Positions 20,801 to 29,242 of a stretch of 64,000 bases of DNA are shown here, piece after piece. How positions within the stretch are numbered: the stretch's first letter is position 1; each line of letters begins with the position of its first letter. A program made the position numbers and the translations under genes. Source of the DNA: Candidatus Latescibacterota bacterium (GTDB lineage: Bacteria > Latescibacterota > UBA2968 > GCA-2709665). Under the pieces are notes generated by a model, which was not told the origin of the DNA, did no database searches, and saw only the letters and a list, made by a program, of their open reading frames with translations. The stretch spans positions 416,001 through 480,000 of the forward strand of contig OZ242180.1 in the NCBI GenBank assembly GCA_965205485.1, given 5' to 3'.

Positions 20801-21738
20801 TTGAGCGCCAGGAACTCCACGTCGCCGAAGAGTTCGGAATCGTACACCAGGGGGATCCGGGATGCCCGAAGCTGGGACAACCGATCCTGGACAAGCGGAA
20901 GCAGAATGCTGTCGACGTGCAGGGTGAGGTTGTTATCAATCACGCCCATGCTGGCAGCGAGCACAGTGTGCAACTTCTCTGCCTGAGGGACCGACTCTGC
21001 AGCCAGCCGCGGAAAGTATTCGTAGTAGAAGCCCCCGACAGCGCGGCCTTGCACCGTGAATCCCGGATCGTAGGTGATGGTGCCGGTAATCGCTCCTTCT
21101 CGCTGCAGGCCCACCGCATCAAAAAAGTACCGGTGGCTCTGGTACCGCTTCGTGTTCATGAAGTAAACCGCCGGATGCGCGGTATCCAGGTTCACCAGAA
21201 CGAACTTCAGTACGGTTCCCCCGTAGAGCCCGGTTCCGAGTGCCTGAAACGCCGCGAGGTCGGGGACGGCCACAGCGCCATCGTTCGGATCCGAAATCGT
21301 GGCAGGGTTGACGGGGTTCATGCTCCCCAGGTTGTCGAGTTCGGTGACGTCGTCGATGCAGTCGCCGTCGACGTCGGCCGGGTCGGCGATCTGGTACTTC
21401 TCCACCCGGTAGCGCTCCGCGGACAAGGCCGCGAGGTTTTCCGACAGCGTGGTCGTGCCCGCCTCCCCCCGGGTCACCGCCACCGGAACCTGCAGCTCCG
21501 TGCCGTCCACGTCGAATGTCACGTAGAGTACGAAGTAGTCGTCGGTCGTAGACGTGACCACGATGGGAACCGCCGTCACTGTGATCTCCGCCGGCGTCGG
21601 GTCATAGCCGCCGCCTTCACACGGCTCCTGCAGTGTTCGAAACGAAGGGAAGAAGCTTCGCCCTTCAACGGCGACAGTGAACAGAGTTAAGGACAGCACC
21701 AAAACAGGAGGAATGGTCCGTACGCTTGTCAATGGCAT
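17806..21738 (-). CDS. Exported dikinase-like protein: His-swivel + ATP-grasp (PPDK_N) + poly-Pro + 2xFN3 + cohesin-like + dockerin-like + cadherin
   Basis: Signal-like N-terminus from ATG 21738; PLSHVNLRA..GIP; FGVKAANL, RSSTNNED..FNGAGLYDS, EIEFK..KQARP; cadherin A.D.DGD.LTYSL...F.ID..SGQL. Confidence 0.8.
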   Translation of the reverse strand: MPLTSVRTIPPVLVLSLTLFTVAVEGRSFFPSFRTLQEPCEGGGYDPTPAEITVTAVPIVVTSTTDDYFVLYVTFDVDGTELQVPVAVTRGEAGTTTLSENLAALSAERYRVEKYQIADPADVDGDCIDDVTELDNLGSMNPVNPATISDPNDGAVAVPDLAAFQALGTGLYGGTVLKFVLVNLDTAHPAVYFMNTKRYQSHRYFFDAVGLQREGAITGTITYDPGFTVQGRAVGGFYYEYFPRLAAESVPQAEKLHTVLAASMGVIDNNLTLHVDSILLPLVQDRLSQLRASRIPLVYDSELFGDVEFLALNTGTGYGRLRILEADERPHPREIIVSETLPNELPRVAGILTAAPQTPLSHVNLRAVQDGIPNAYVKDALDHADVISLEGSYVRYEVTERQWELRAATLQEVEAHYESSRPAETQTPQRDLSITEITPLDQIGFDDWKAFGVKAANLAVLRTLGFPEGTVRDGFAIPFYFYDEFMKQTLGEETVFGMGSAPADEKLTLAADTMLVEAVEAILAHPKFRTDLDIQDEMLDDLRDAIKDAETPQWMVDALTAMHATFPAETSLRYRSSTNNEDLPGFNGAGLYDSKTQHPEETTEDGIDKSFKQVLAGLWTFRAFSEREFHRVDHLAAAMGVLVHPNFSDERVNGVAVSFDPVTSIVGRHYVNSQLGEDLVTNPEAHSVPEEIVLLPGDGLIIRALSNLVERGELLMSRDQMRQLRDHLYVIHDHFEGLYNPASGEPFAMEIEFKITSENILAIKQARPWVFGEDANEQLPPPPPPPPPPPPPPPPPPPPPPPPTPPPPPTPPLPPVSPTATGVSTTSVALQWKAPTGDGPLIRNYDVRYRKVSEGEWQDGPQDVRGTSTTIEGLDADTEYEVQVRSSGNSEHSAWTSLKPVSTLAPPPPPVEPAVTQTSPGSVTIGWAAPTNDDGEPVTGYDVRYREGSEGVWKDGPQDVTDTSAIIEGLDPDTEYEVQVRSNSASGDGDWLTLGLVRTEVLVLYDLFSLSLDLDASEKDQDLRTMRVESGRVVSIQIFGADIRGTRGVDFRVGYDTTQVVYEGFDAGDALPGVTALVAKDSTFVQIGVSSLSGGAAVDSGQVGTVRFRTTEGFRETEVRLAGADLVRGEHPEAMTRTVSVLLHAPAPLSPDFDGSGVVDFADFVLFSGAFGSAEGDEGHDARFDLDSDGRITFGDFVAFARRFGERVNRMPAFAPVQPATLAVAGGTPPGEPIGDPITASDTDGDVLTYSLWGTDAEYFEIDPGSGQLLTKGTYDFNRKRGYTVIVRSGDGKGGRANIVIRILITGNSE
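19330..19401 (-). repeat. Poly-proline tract (24 consecutive Pro codons)
   Basis: Uninterrupted CCN codons. Confidence 0.9.
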
Positions 21739-21804
21739 GTCATTTACGTGAGATGCGACTTCAGGGAGGTTATGGATTGAACGTGACAGACAGGTCTTGC
21801 GCAC

Positions 21805-21832
21805 GTGGGCAGACAGGAATGTCCGCCCCACC
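21805..21832 (-). repeat. REP-like element, inverted partner of 15807-15834
   Basis: GTGGGCAGACAGGAATGTCCGCCCCACC. Confidence 0.75.
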
Positions 21833-22305
21833 TTCACACCGGTCCTTCGCGGTAAGGGCGCCGTCGCTGTCCAGATCGTCGCATATTATATATTATTATT
21901 GTGATAATATACTAAATTATGATGACTATATAGTGAATAATGCGCTTTATTATCGTGACGTTATCGTGATTTTTCGCTGAAACAACACGGCTTCCCGGCG
22001 ATGCCGGTCGGTAGACCTGCAGCAGAGGGTTGCCGTCGGTCGCTGACCGGATCGCCACGTGGTAGAATCAGGTGTACAGTGGGAGGGTATGGCGTCCGGG
22101 GAGAGTCGTGAAGCGACATTCGGGTTGCTGAACCTGACCGTCGAGTGCGAGAAAACGTGGGCGTCCGTGGGTGGGCGCTGCGTGGAATTGATAGCAGATA
22201 GGTATTGTCGCCGGATGTGCTCCGTTTCAGCCCGGTGGGATCGCAGAGTCGTACAGAAGAAAGGCCCTGCTGACATATTCTCAGCAGAGCCCGTGGGAAG
22301 AAGCC

Positions 22306-22470
22306 AGTGTTCTGTCCCGGAAATAAGTTGCCAAAATTCGACCGCCGAGTCGCCCGGCTCGCAAGGCGACCGAGCGCAGGCGACCTGCGTATGGTCGGCG
22401 AGCGAGGTGAACGTAGCGAGACGGGATGAATCGCCGGTCGAATGGTGAGGAATTTTTGGGACAGGACACT
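22306..22470. mobile_element. MITE family B, copy 1 (~165 bp)
   Basis: TIRs AGTGTTCTGTCCCGGAAAT / ATTTTTGGGACAGGACACT; homologous copies at 46112 and 54992. Confidence 0.8.
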
Positions 22471-22562
22471 ATGTCCGAAAGCAGGGTCACGGTGTTACGG
22501 CACACCCCGTTTCGCACCAGTACCTTCTGTGTCTCGTGTGCTTTTTGCGGCCGATTTAACGG

Positions 22563-24746
22563 CTATCTTTCTTCGAATTGAGGTTGATTCCTGTCTCGTG
22601 ACTCCTCACCCGCGCCGGCCCGGATGCGTTGGGGCAGCGAGGTGTACCGGTCGGCAACGCGGTTGTTCTTGATGGCGATGGCCATGGCTTTGCGCGTGCC
22701 GACGATGACGACGAGGTTCTTCGCCCTGGTGACTGCGGTATAGAGCAGGTTTCTCTGCAGCATCATGTAGTGCTGGGTGGTCAGGGGCAGCACCACAACC
22801 GGATACTCCGATCCCTGGCTCTTGTGGACGCTCGTGGCATAGGCCAGCACGATCTCGTCCAGCTCCGTGAAGTCGTAACCGACGGTGCGCTCGGGATACC
22901 TCACCGCGAGCGCGTGGTTCGTCATATCGATCGCCGCCACCCGCCCGATATCCCCGTTGAACACGTCCTTGTCGTAGTTGTTGCGCACCTGCATCACCTT
23001 GTCTCCCACCCGGAAGCGAACGCCCCCGCGAAGGAGTTCCTGCCCGCCCGGATTGAGCCGCTCCTGCAGCACCTCATTCAGATTGATCGCGCCCGTCTCG
23101 CCCCGGTACATGGGCGCCAGGACCTGGATATCGTCAATCGCGTCAACCCCGTATGCGCGGGGCAGCCTGTTCCGGCAGAGACCGCAGACCGTGTCCACCA
23201 CCTCCTCCGGGTCGTCCACCTCCGAAAAGAAGAAATCCGATTTCCTGCTGTTGTCCACCTCCGGAATTTCACCGGCCAGGATGCTGTGCGCGTTCGTCAC
23301 GATCCGGCTCTCCCGCGCCTGCCGGAAGATTTCGTTGAGCGCCACCGTTTCGGCCCTTCCGGATCCGATGATATCTTTCAGGATGTTGCCGGGCCCCACC
23401 GAAGGCAACTGGTCCACGTCGCCGACAAGAACAACGGAAGCATTCAGCGGCACCGCCTGCAGCAGGCTGTTCATCAGGCCCACGTCCATCATCGAGACCT
23501 CGTCAACGATGACCGCGCCCGCGGAAAGCTGATTCTCGAAGTTCTTCTCGAATCGATTCTCTCCGGGACTGAACTTCAGCAGCCTGTGGATGGTACTGGC
23601 TTCCCGCCCCGTGGCCTCGGCCATGCGTTTCGCCGCCCTTCCCGTTGGCGCCGCCAGCGCAACCTCCTTGCCCCGCGCCTCGAAGAGGGCGATCAATCCC
23701 CTGATGGTCGTCGTCTTGCCCGTGCCCGGTCCACCCGTAAGCACCAGCAGGCTGTTGGCGAGGGCCTTCTCAAGGGCGACCTTCTGCCGCGCGGCAAAAC
23801 GGACGCCGTTCCTTTTCTCGATGGCCGCTATCTCCCGGCCGATATCGCCGGTTTCGATCCGCTCGATGCTGGAAAACTGATGCACCCGCGTCGCAACGCC
23901 CTTTTCGGCAAAGTAGAGCGGCGGAACGTAGATGCGGTCCTCCTCCACGACGACTTCCTCGGCTACCTGTAACCCGTCGATGCACGGGGCGATCAGATCC
24001 GGCGATACGTCCAGCGTCTCGGCGCAGACCGTCGACAGTTCCTCCCTTGGCAGGTACACGTGCCCTTCTTTTTCCGCGGCCGTATCCAGCACGTATCTGA
24101 TTCCTGCCATGATCCGTTGATCGGAGTGGGTCTCAACGCCCATTTTCTGCGCGATCCGGTCGGCGCTCGTGAACCCGATTCCCCACACGTCGGCCGACAA
24201 CCGGTACGGATTCTCCTGGATCAGCCGGATTGCGTCCTGGCCGTATCGTTTCCAGATCTTTACGGCATGCCCCGTGCCCACGTCGTGCGACTGCAGGAAC
24301 ACCATCACATTGTGAATTTCGCGCTGTTCCTTCCAGGCATCCTCGATCATCCCCGCGCGCTTCCTGCCCAGCCCTTCCACCTCGATCAGCCGCTTCGATG
24401 CCTTCTCGATCACCTCCAGGGTCTTCGCGCCGAAATGGTCCACGATCCGTCCGGCCATGACCGGTCCGATCCCCTTGATCAGGCCGGAGCCCAGGTACTT
24501 CCTCATCCCCTCGACCGTCGACGGATGTACCTTTTCGTAGGAATCGATCTTGAACTGACGGCCGAACTTCGCGTGGGTCGTCCATTCGCCTTTCACGGCC
24601 ACACACTCGCCCGCTGTCAGCGAGAGCGTATTGCCAACCACGGTCACCGGCTCCCCCCGGCCTTCGGGCTGGAATCGGGCAACCGTGTATCCGCTCTCCT
24701 CATTCTGAAACGTGATCCGCTCCACGACACCGTGGATCCGTTCCAT
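22563..24746 (-). CDS. recD2: ATP-dependent RecD-like DNA helicase RecD2
   Basis: VERITFQNEESGYTV, HhH region, TGGPGTGKTT, DEVSM, GDVDQLPSVG, SVHKSQGSE; alternative GTG start 24782 overlaps the nagA stop. Confidence 0.95.
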   Translation of the reverse strand: MERIHGVVERITFQNEESGYTVARFQPEGRGEPVTVVGNTLSLTAGECVAVKGEWTTHAKFGRQFKIDSYEKVHPSTVEGMRKYLGSGLIKGIGPVMAGRIVDHFGAKTLEVIEKASKRLIEVEGLGRKRAGMIEDAWKEQREIHNVMVFLQSHDVGTGHAVKIWKRYGQDAIRLIQENPYRLSADVWGIGFTSADRIAQKMGVETHSDQRIMAGIRYVLDTAAEKEGHVYLPREELSTVCAETLDVSPDLIAPCIDGLQVAEEVVVEEDRIYVPPLYFAEKGVATRVHQFSSIERIETGDIGREIAAIEKRNGVRFAARQKVALEKALANSLLVLTGGPGTGKTTTIRGLIALFEARGKEVALAAPTGRAAKRMAEATGREASTIHRLLKFSPGENRFEKNFENQLSAGAVIVDEVSMMDVGLMNSLLQAVPLNASVVLVGDVDQLPSVGPGNILKDIIGSGRAETVALNEIFRQARESRIVTNAHSILAGEIPEVDNSRKSDFFFSEVDDPEEVVDTVCGLCRNRLPRAYGVDAIDDIQVLAPMYRGETGAINLNEVLQERLNPGGQELLRGGVRFRVGDKVMQVRNNYDKDVFNGDIGRVAAIDMTNHALAVRYPERTVGYDFTELDEIVLAYATSVHKSQGSEYPVVVLPLTTQHYMMLQRNLLYTAVTRAKNLVVIVGTRKAMAIAIKNNRVADRYTSLPQRIRAGAGEESRDRNQPQFEER

Positions 24747-24778
24747 GGTTTGAACCCCCGAATCCTCAATAGGAGATT

Positions 24779-25942
24779 TCACGCCCTGTAGACGACCTCA
24801 CCCCGGACAATCGTCGCCTCGACGGACAGGGCGCGCTGCCCCTCCGTCCAACGGAACAACGTGAGGCTGGCCTCCATCCCGGTCGACACGCTTCCCAGCC
24901 GGTCATCCACGCCCAGCAACCGCGCCGGGTTGGCGGATGCCATCTCCACCGCGTCTGCCAGCGCGGCGTCCGTGTACGCCACCGTATTGGGAATCCCGTA
25001 ATCCAGAAACAGCGACGCCCCGGCCAGATACGGCGTGCCCGCCAGGGAAATCTTCCCGTTCTCGTGAATCTCCACCTCGTCGGTCCCGTAGCTCCGGCCG
25101 TAAATGCCCGGCGGGAGCCCGGCGATGGACGACACGTCGCTAACCAGGCAGATGCGCTCTTTCTGCTTGGCTCTGCAAAAACTCTTCACTACCGGCGGCG
25201 GCAGATGGTGCCCGTCAGGAATGATCCCCGCCCAGAGTTCGTCCGCGGCTAGCTGCTCCCAGATATAGTTGTCGTGGCGGGGAATCTCGGCGTGGGCACC
25301 GTTGCCCAGGTGCGTGGACATCCGCGCTCCGGCCGCCACCGCCTCCCGGATCCTGGCCCGGCTGGCGCCCGTATGCCCCAGGGCCACGATGACACCGGCC
25401 TCCGCGGCCTTCTCGATAAAGGCCAGCGAACCCTCCCGTTCGGGCGCGAGGGTCAGAATCCTGATCCGGCCCTCCGCCGCATCCTGGTAGCGGCAGAACT
25501 CGTCCCAGTCCGGGTCCCGCGTATGCTCCAGGGGATGCGCCCCCCTCGGACCGTCTTCGGAGGCGATGTACGGCCCCTCCACGTGGAAACCCACAAACGA
25601 TGCATTCGCTGCAGCCGACTGTTCGCACGCCCGGGCCAGCGTCCGCAGTCCCGCAATCGCCTGCTCCGCCGGGGAGGTTGTGACCGTGGGACAGAACATC
25701 GCCGTTCCGGCCCGGTACGGCCACTCGCTGGCCTGAAGCACGCGCTCCACCGTCAGGTCTCCGGAGCTGTAGTTGATCCCGCCCGCTCCATTGACCTGAA
25801 CGTCGAATATCCCGGGCGAAATCCACACCTCGTCGCCTCCGACCGCCGCGGGTGCCCCTTCTTCGATGCCAGCGATCCGGCCGTCTTCAATCGATACCGA
25901 CACGGGGATTTCCGTGCCCACAATCGTTCCGCGAAGAACCAT
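24779..25942 (-). CDS. nagA: N-acetylglucosamine-6-phosphate deacetylase family amidohydrolase
   Basis: PGIFDVQVNG, HVEGPY, RGAH, TLAPE, LGHT, THLGN, DGHH. Confidence 0.85.
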   Translation of the reverse strand: MVLRGTIVGTEIPVSVSIEDGRIAGIEEGAPAAVGGDEVWISPGIFDVQVNGAGGINYSSGDLTVERVLQASEWPYRAGTAMFCPTVTTSPAEQAIAGLRTLARACEQSAAANASFVGFHVEGPYIASEDGPRGAHPLEHTRDPDWDEFCRYQDAAEGRIRILTLAPEREGSLAFIEKAAEAGVIVALGHTGASRARIREAVAAGARMSTHLGNGAHAEIPRHDNYIWEQLAADELWAGIIPDGHHLPPPVVKSFCRAKQKERICLVSDVSSIAGLPPGIYGRSYGTDEVEIHENGKISLAGTPYLAGASLFLDYGIPNTVAYTDAALADAVEMASANPARLLGVDDRLGSVSTGMEASLTLFRWTEGQRALSVEATIVRGEVVYRA

Positions 25943-26539
25943 TGTTTCTCCTTTTATTTACTGTGCAATAAAGCGGTGAAATACTCTCACTTCTACTGTC
26001 CCACCTCTTCCGGCTCTTTGAAATTGCGTTCCGGGCCGACACATGCTCCTGCTTTTCCTTCCGCCCTTATTCTTCTTTGACCTTCATCCTATTCGCTTAT
26101 ACGGACCGATCAGATTGGCAACACATGCTCGGGCATCCGGAGGTCTTTTCTTTCTTTCTTATTGATTTTTATTATTTTATGCCCTTTTTCTTTTTCGCCA
26201 AAGAAAAAGGGCCAAAAAGAACGGCGCCGCTCGGCGCGGGGCCGGTTTTTCCGTGAATCCCCTCAGAGGCGCAAATGGGCATTTGATGGCCTTAGGGCGC
26301 CTCGGGCGTGCCCATACATCGGCGATGGACGGATCAACACGGAAAAACCCCCAACTCCACCTCCGGACGGTCATGCGTTTTCCTGGCAAGGATCCCCGTT
26401 TGGATTCGCATATGAACCGCTCTCGGACGACTGATTTTCTTCGCGCCTTCGTGTCTCCGTGTGAGCCCGGTTTTCTTGCATTTCCCCCGTTCCTTTAGGA
26501 GAGGTTGCCGGGGAGAGAAGTCCCGCGCTGTGTTGCCTC

Positions 26540-26569
26540 TGTAGGGGCGACCGGCCGGTCGCCCCTACA
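26540..26569. repeat. GTAG-family REP palindrome
   Basis: Perfect 30-bp palindrome TGTAGGGGCGACCGGCCGGTCGCCCCTACA. Confidence 0.8.
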
Positions 26570-26888
26570 AACACATACCAATCGCTGCTTGCACTCAGAA
26601 TCGCCCGACGGCTGTCTATCCCGGCACCCGACAAAAGCGCTACCAAAGCAGAGCGCGCGGTTCCGTTCAGCGCTGGAGACTGGACGACCTCCGTAGTCAG
26701 CAGGACAGAGGATCGGGTGCATCCCGTGAGGGTATTCGCGCTATGCATTTGGCAGGCCCCGCGCCCAGCGGCGACTTTTGGTTCCTTTTGGTCGTTTCAA
26801 AAGGAACACGCCGTAGGCAGGGAATTTGGGGAAAGGGGTTTTGATCTGGGTTTTCGACTTTTGCTTTCGTTTTTGATCTGGGGTTTAA

Positions 26889-26935
26889 GCTGATGGCTGA
26901 TAGCTGCTTTTTCTGACGGCTGATAGCTGATAGCT
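26889..26935. repeat. Short heptamer repeats (GCTGAYR)
   Basis: gctgatg-gctgata-gct ... ctgacg-gctgata-gctgata-gct. Confidence 0.6.
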
Positions 26936-27008
26936 CTGTGTGAGGTGTGCGGGGGGTGACGCCGCCTAACGATAACACCCGCGCAACCGTTCCGCAATAT
27001 GTTTTGTC

Positions 27009-27037
27009 TTGACATCCCCTGGGGAATTTGGTATACT
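27009..27037 (+). promoter_or_regulatory. Near-consensus sigma70 promoter
   Basis: TTGACA-N17-TATACT ~90 bp upstream of the IMPase-like gene. Confidence 0.7.
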
Positions 27038-27124
27038 CATTGACTGTTCGATCCAGGCTTGAGAACAGTCGCATTAGTCCCGTAAAAACATAAATTTAAA
27101 CACTTTACGTCGAAGGGTTCATGA

Positions 27125-28072
27125 ATGGGTGACGATCAGGTTTTCGAAAATAGAATCAACAACTTCAGTAGAACCGATAATGTAGACGAACACACGTCGC
27201 TCGCCCTGGCCATCGTGGCCGAGACCCTGGATATTCTGCACGATTTACAGGGCGATGCAAGCGGATCCATGGTCATCCGCACCCGCGAGGGCGACTACAA
27301 GGATTGGGACGCGGAGATTTTCGGAGTGGACGAAGCCGCGGAAGGCGCATATATCGGCAGGCTTAACGAGAGCACGCATCCGGTCGTGCTGCTTTCCGAG
27401 GAAGCCGGGATGGTGGACCTCACCGGCGGCAAGGAAGGCGAAAAGATCTATGGCGTTTCAGATCCGTTCGACGGGAGCTGGCTGTACAAGAGAGGGCTGC
27501 CGTTCATGCAATACAGTTCCCTGGCGCTTTTCGACGCCAGCTTCAATCACCTGACGTCCGTAACCGGCGACGTCTTCAACAGAGACCTTGCCTTCGCCAA
27601 CGGAAACGGCGCCTTCATGGCCAGGCTGGACGGAAACGCGTTGACCGGCGTTGAGCGGCTCGACGAAAGCTATCGCAGGGAACGGCACGGAGAGCCCGCA
27701 TCCGGCCTGGATGACGCCTGTGTCGAATCGTACCTTCTGAAGCCGGCCAAATTCCTCATGCCGCTCATCGACGAATACAGGCCGGTCATCGATGCCTTCA
27801 AAATGCTCCATCCCAACGGCGGCCCGTATGCTTTTGCAGAGGCGGCTGCCGGGCAGATCGACGTCTATTTTGCCAGGCAGCAACCCTACGTCGACGTCTT
27901 CTCCGGGATCGCCATCGCTGAACAGGCCGGTCTGATCGTCTCCGATTTCGACGGAAACGAAGTCGAGACGCCCACGGAAGACTACGAGACCGTTTTCGAC
28001 GTCCTGGTGAGCCGGACGCAGGCCCTGCACGATCAAACCCTCGAGAAAATCGCGGAATGCAGAAAGGAATGA
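27125..28072 (+). CDS. Inositol monophosphatase/FBPase (FIG) family phosphatase
   Basis: VDEAAE, LSEEAG, DPFDGS, VDVFSGIAIAEQAGLIVSD. Confidence 0.8.
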   Translation: MGDDQVFENRINNFSRTDNVDEHTSLALAIVAETLDILHDLQGDASGSMVIRTREGDYKDWDAEIFGVDEAAEGAYIGRLNESTHPVVLLSEEAGMVDLTGGKEGEKIYGVSDPFDGSWLYKRGLPFMQYSSLALFDASFNHLTSVTGDVFNRDLAFANGNGAFMARLDGNALTGVERLDESYRRERHGEPASGLDDACVESYLLKPAKFLMPLIDEYRPVIDAFKMLHPNGGPYAFAEAAAGQIDVYFARQQPYVDVFSGIAIAEQAGLIVSDFDGNEVETPTEDYETVFDVLVSRTQALHDQTLEKIAECRKE

Positions 28073-28075
28073 GCA

Positions 28076-29047
28076 ATGGCCATTAACGGAACCGGCACGA
28101 AGGACAATCCGGTCATCGTTACCGAACTGGCGGCTGACGAGGTCCCGGCTGAATTGAGACCGTCCAACTTTTTCGACCTGGACAAGTACCCGTTCGAGCA
28201 CCGCTCGCTGGTCGACGGCGCCCGGTCGGTTGTGGACCTCATCGGCAAGGACGGCATCGAAAAATACGCCAGGGAGTGGCTGGCCGAAAAAATCGGTTCG
28301 GCCGAGGGCGCGGAAGAACGCACCGGTCTGACGGGCGTCGGGAACTACACGGTGCTGGTCGAGCCCGGGGGCGTCTGCGAACCGCTCTTCGTACACGGTT
28401 CCCTTAATGGCGCAGGTCATACGCTCTACGTCGCGAAAGACGCAAAGGTGGTCGGGGCCGTGATCTACCTGGACGGCGGGGACATCTACGTCGGCTCCGG
28501 CGCCGTAATCGAGCCGACGGCCGGCGTCAAAGGCCCTACGATTATCGGCCCGAATAACGATATCCGGCAAGGCGCCTATCTTCGGGGCAACATCGTTCTG
28601 GGCGGCCACAGGAAACACGGTGACAACGCCATCCGCGGCGAACTCAAGAACGTCCTCATGCTGGACGAGGCCAATTTCCCCCATCCCTCGTATCTCGGCG
28701 ACAGCCTCTGCGGGTACGCCACCCACTTCGGCAACCAGGCCACGGCCGCGAACCTGGGCATTATCCAGGGCGTTCGGGAACGCGACAAGCGCGTCAATCT
28801 GAAGGTCGAAATCAACGACAAGTGGTACGACCTGGGCGGATCCAAAATGGGCGTCGTTCTCGGCGACAGGACGCAACTGGCCTGCGAGTCCCTCACGGAC
28901 CCCGGAACACTGCTGGGGCCGATGTGCATCTCCTACGGCCTCGCTTACGTCAAGGCCGGCTATTATCCGGCAGGCACGATGTTCAAGACCCGGTCCGAGC
29001 GGGTCGTGGATACGCAGAAAGGCATCTTCGATCCGGACAAGTTGTAA
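28076..29047 (+). CDS. Stand-alone hexapeptide acetyltransferase related to the C-terminal half of archaeal-type GlmU
   Basis: IEPTAGVKGPTIIG..IRQGAYLRG, ELKN..H.SYLGDS, ANL, KMGVVLGD; no GxGxR nucleotidyltransferase domain. Confidence 0.75.
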   Translation: MAINGTGTKDNPVIVTELAADEVPAELRPSNFFDLDKYPFEHRSLVDGARSVVDLIGKDGIEKYAREWLAEKIGSAEGAEERTGLTGVGNYTVLVEPGGVCEPLFVHGSLNGAGHTLYVAKDAKVVGAVIYLDGGDIYVGSGAVIEPTAGVKGPTIIGPNNDIRQGAYLRGNIVLGGHRKHGDNAIRGELKNVLMLDEANFPHPSYLGDSLCGYATHFGNQATAANLGIIQGVRERDKRVNLKVEINDKWYDLGGSKMGVVLGDRTQLACESLTDPGTLLGPMCISYGLAYVKAGYYPAGTMFKTRSERVVDTQKGIFDPDKL

Positions 29048-29073
29048 CTCGCCTTCCCGCTACGAAAAAGAAC

Positions 29074-29117
29074 GACAACGCTTCTCGAATCCATTGGAGG
29101 CGTTGTCTTTTTCTTTT
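29074..29117 (+). terminator. Possible intrinsic terminator
   Basis: GACAACGCTTC...GGAGGCGTTGTC hairpin followed by TTTTTCTTTT. Confidence 0.5.
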
Positions 29118-29242
29118 AGAGTTCCCCTTGCGTCGTTTCGATATGTTCAGCTGCAGCCCGACGGGCGGAAGTGAACGCCAGTACACACTTGATGAGCCGA
29201 ATGAGGCCGCGTCCCGACGTGCAATTGCGGAAGGATAACAGG

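Noticed and set aside
21950..22448. Short ORFs between the dikinase gene and recD2
   Set aside because: No RBS or motifs, and partly composed of MITE sequence
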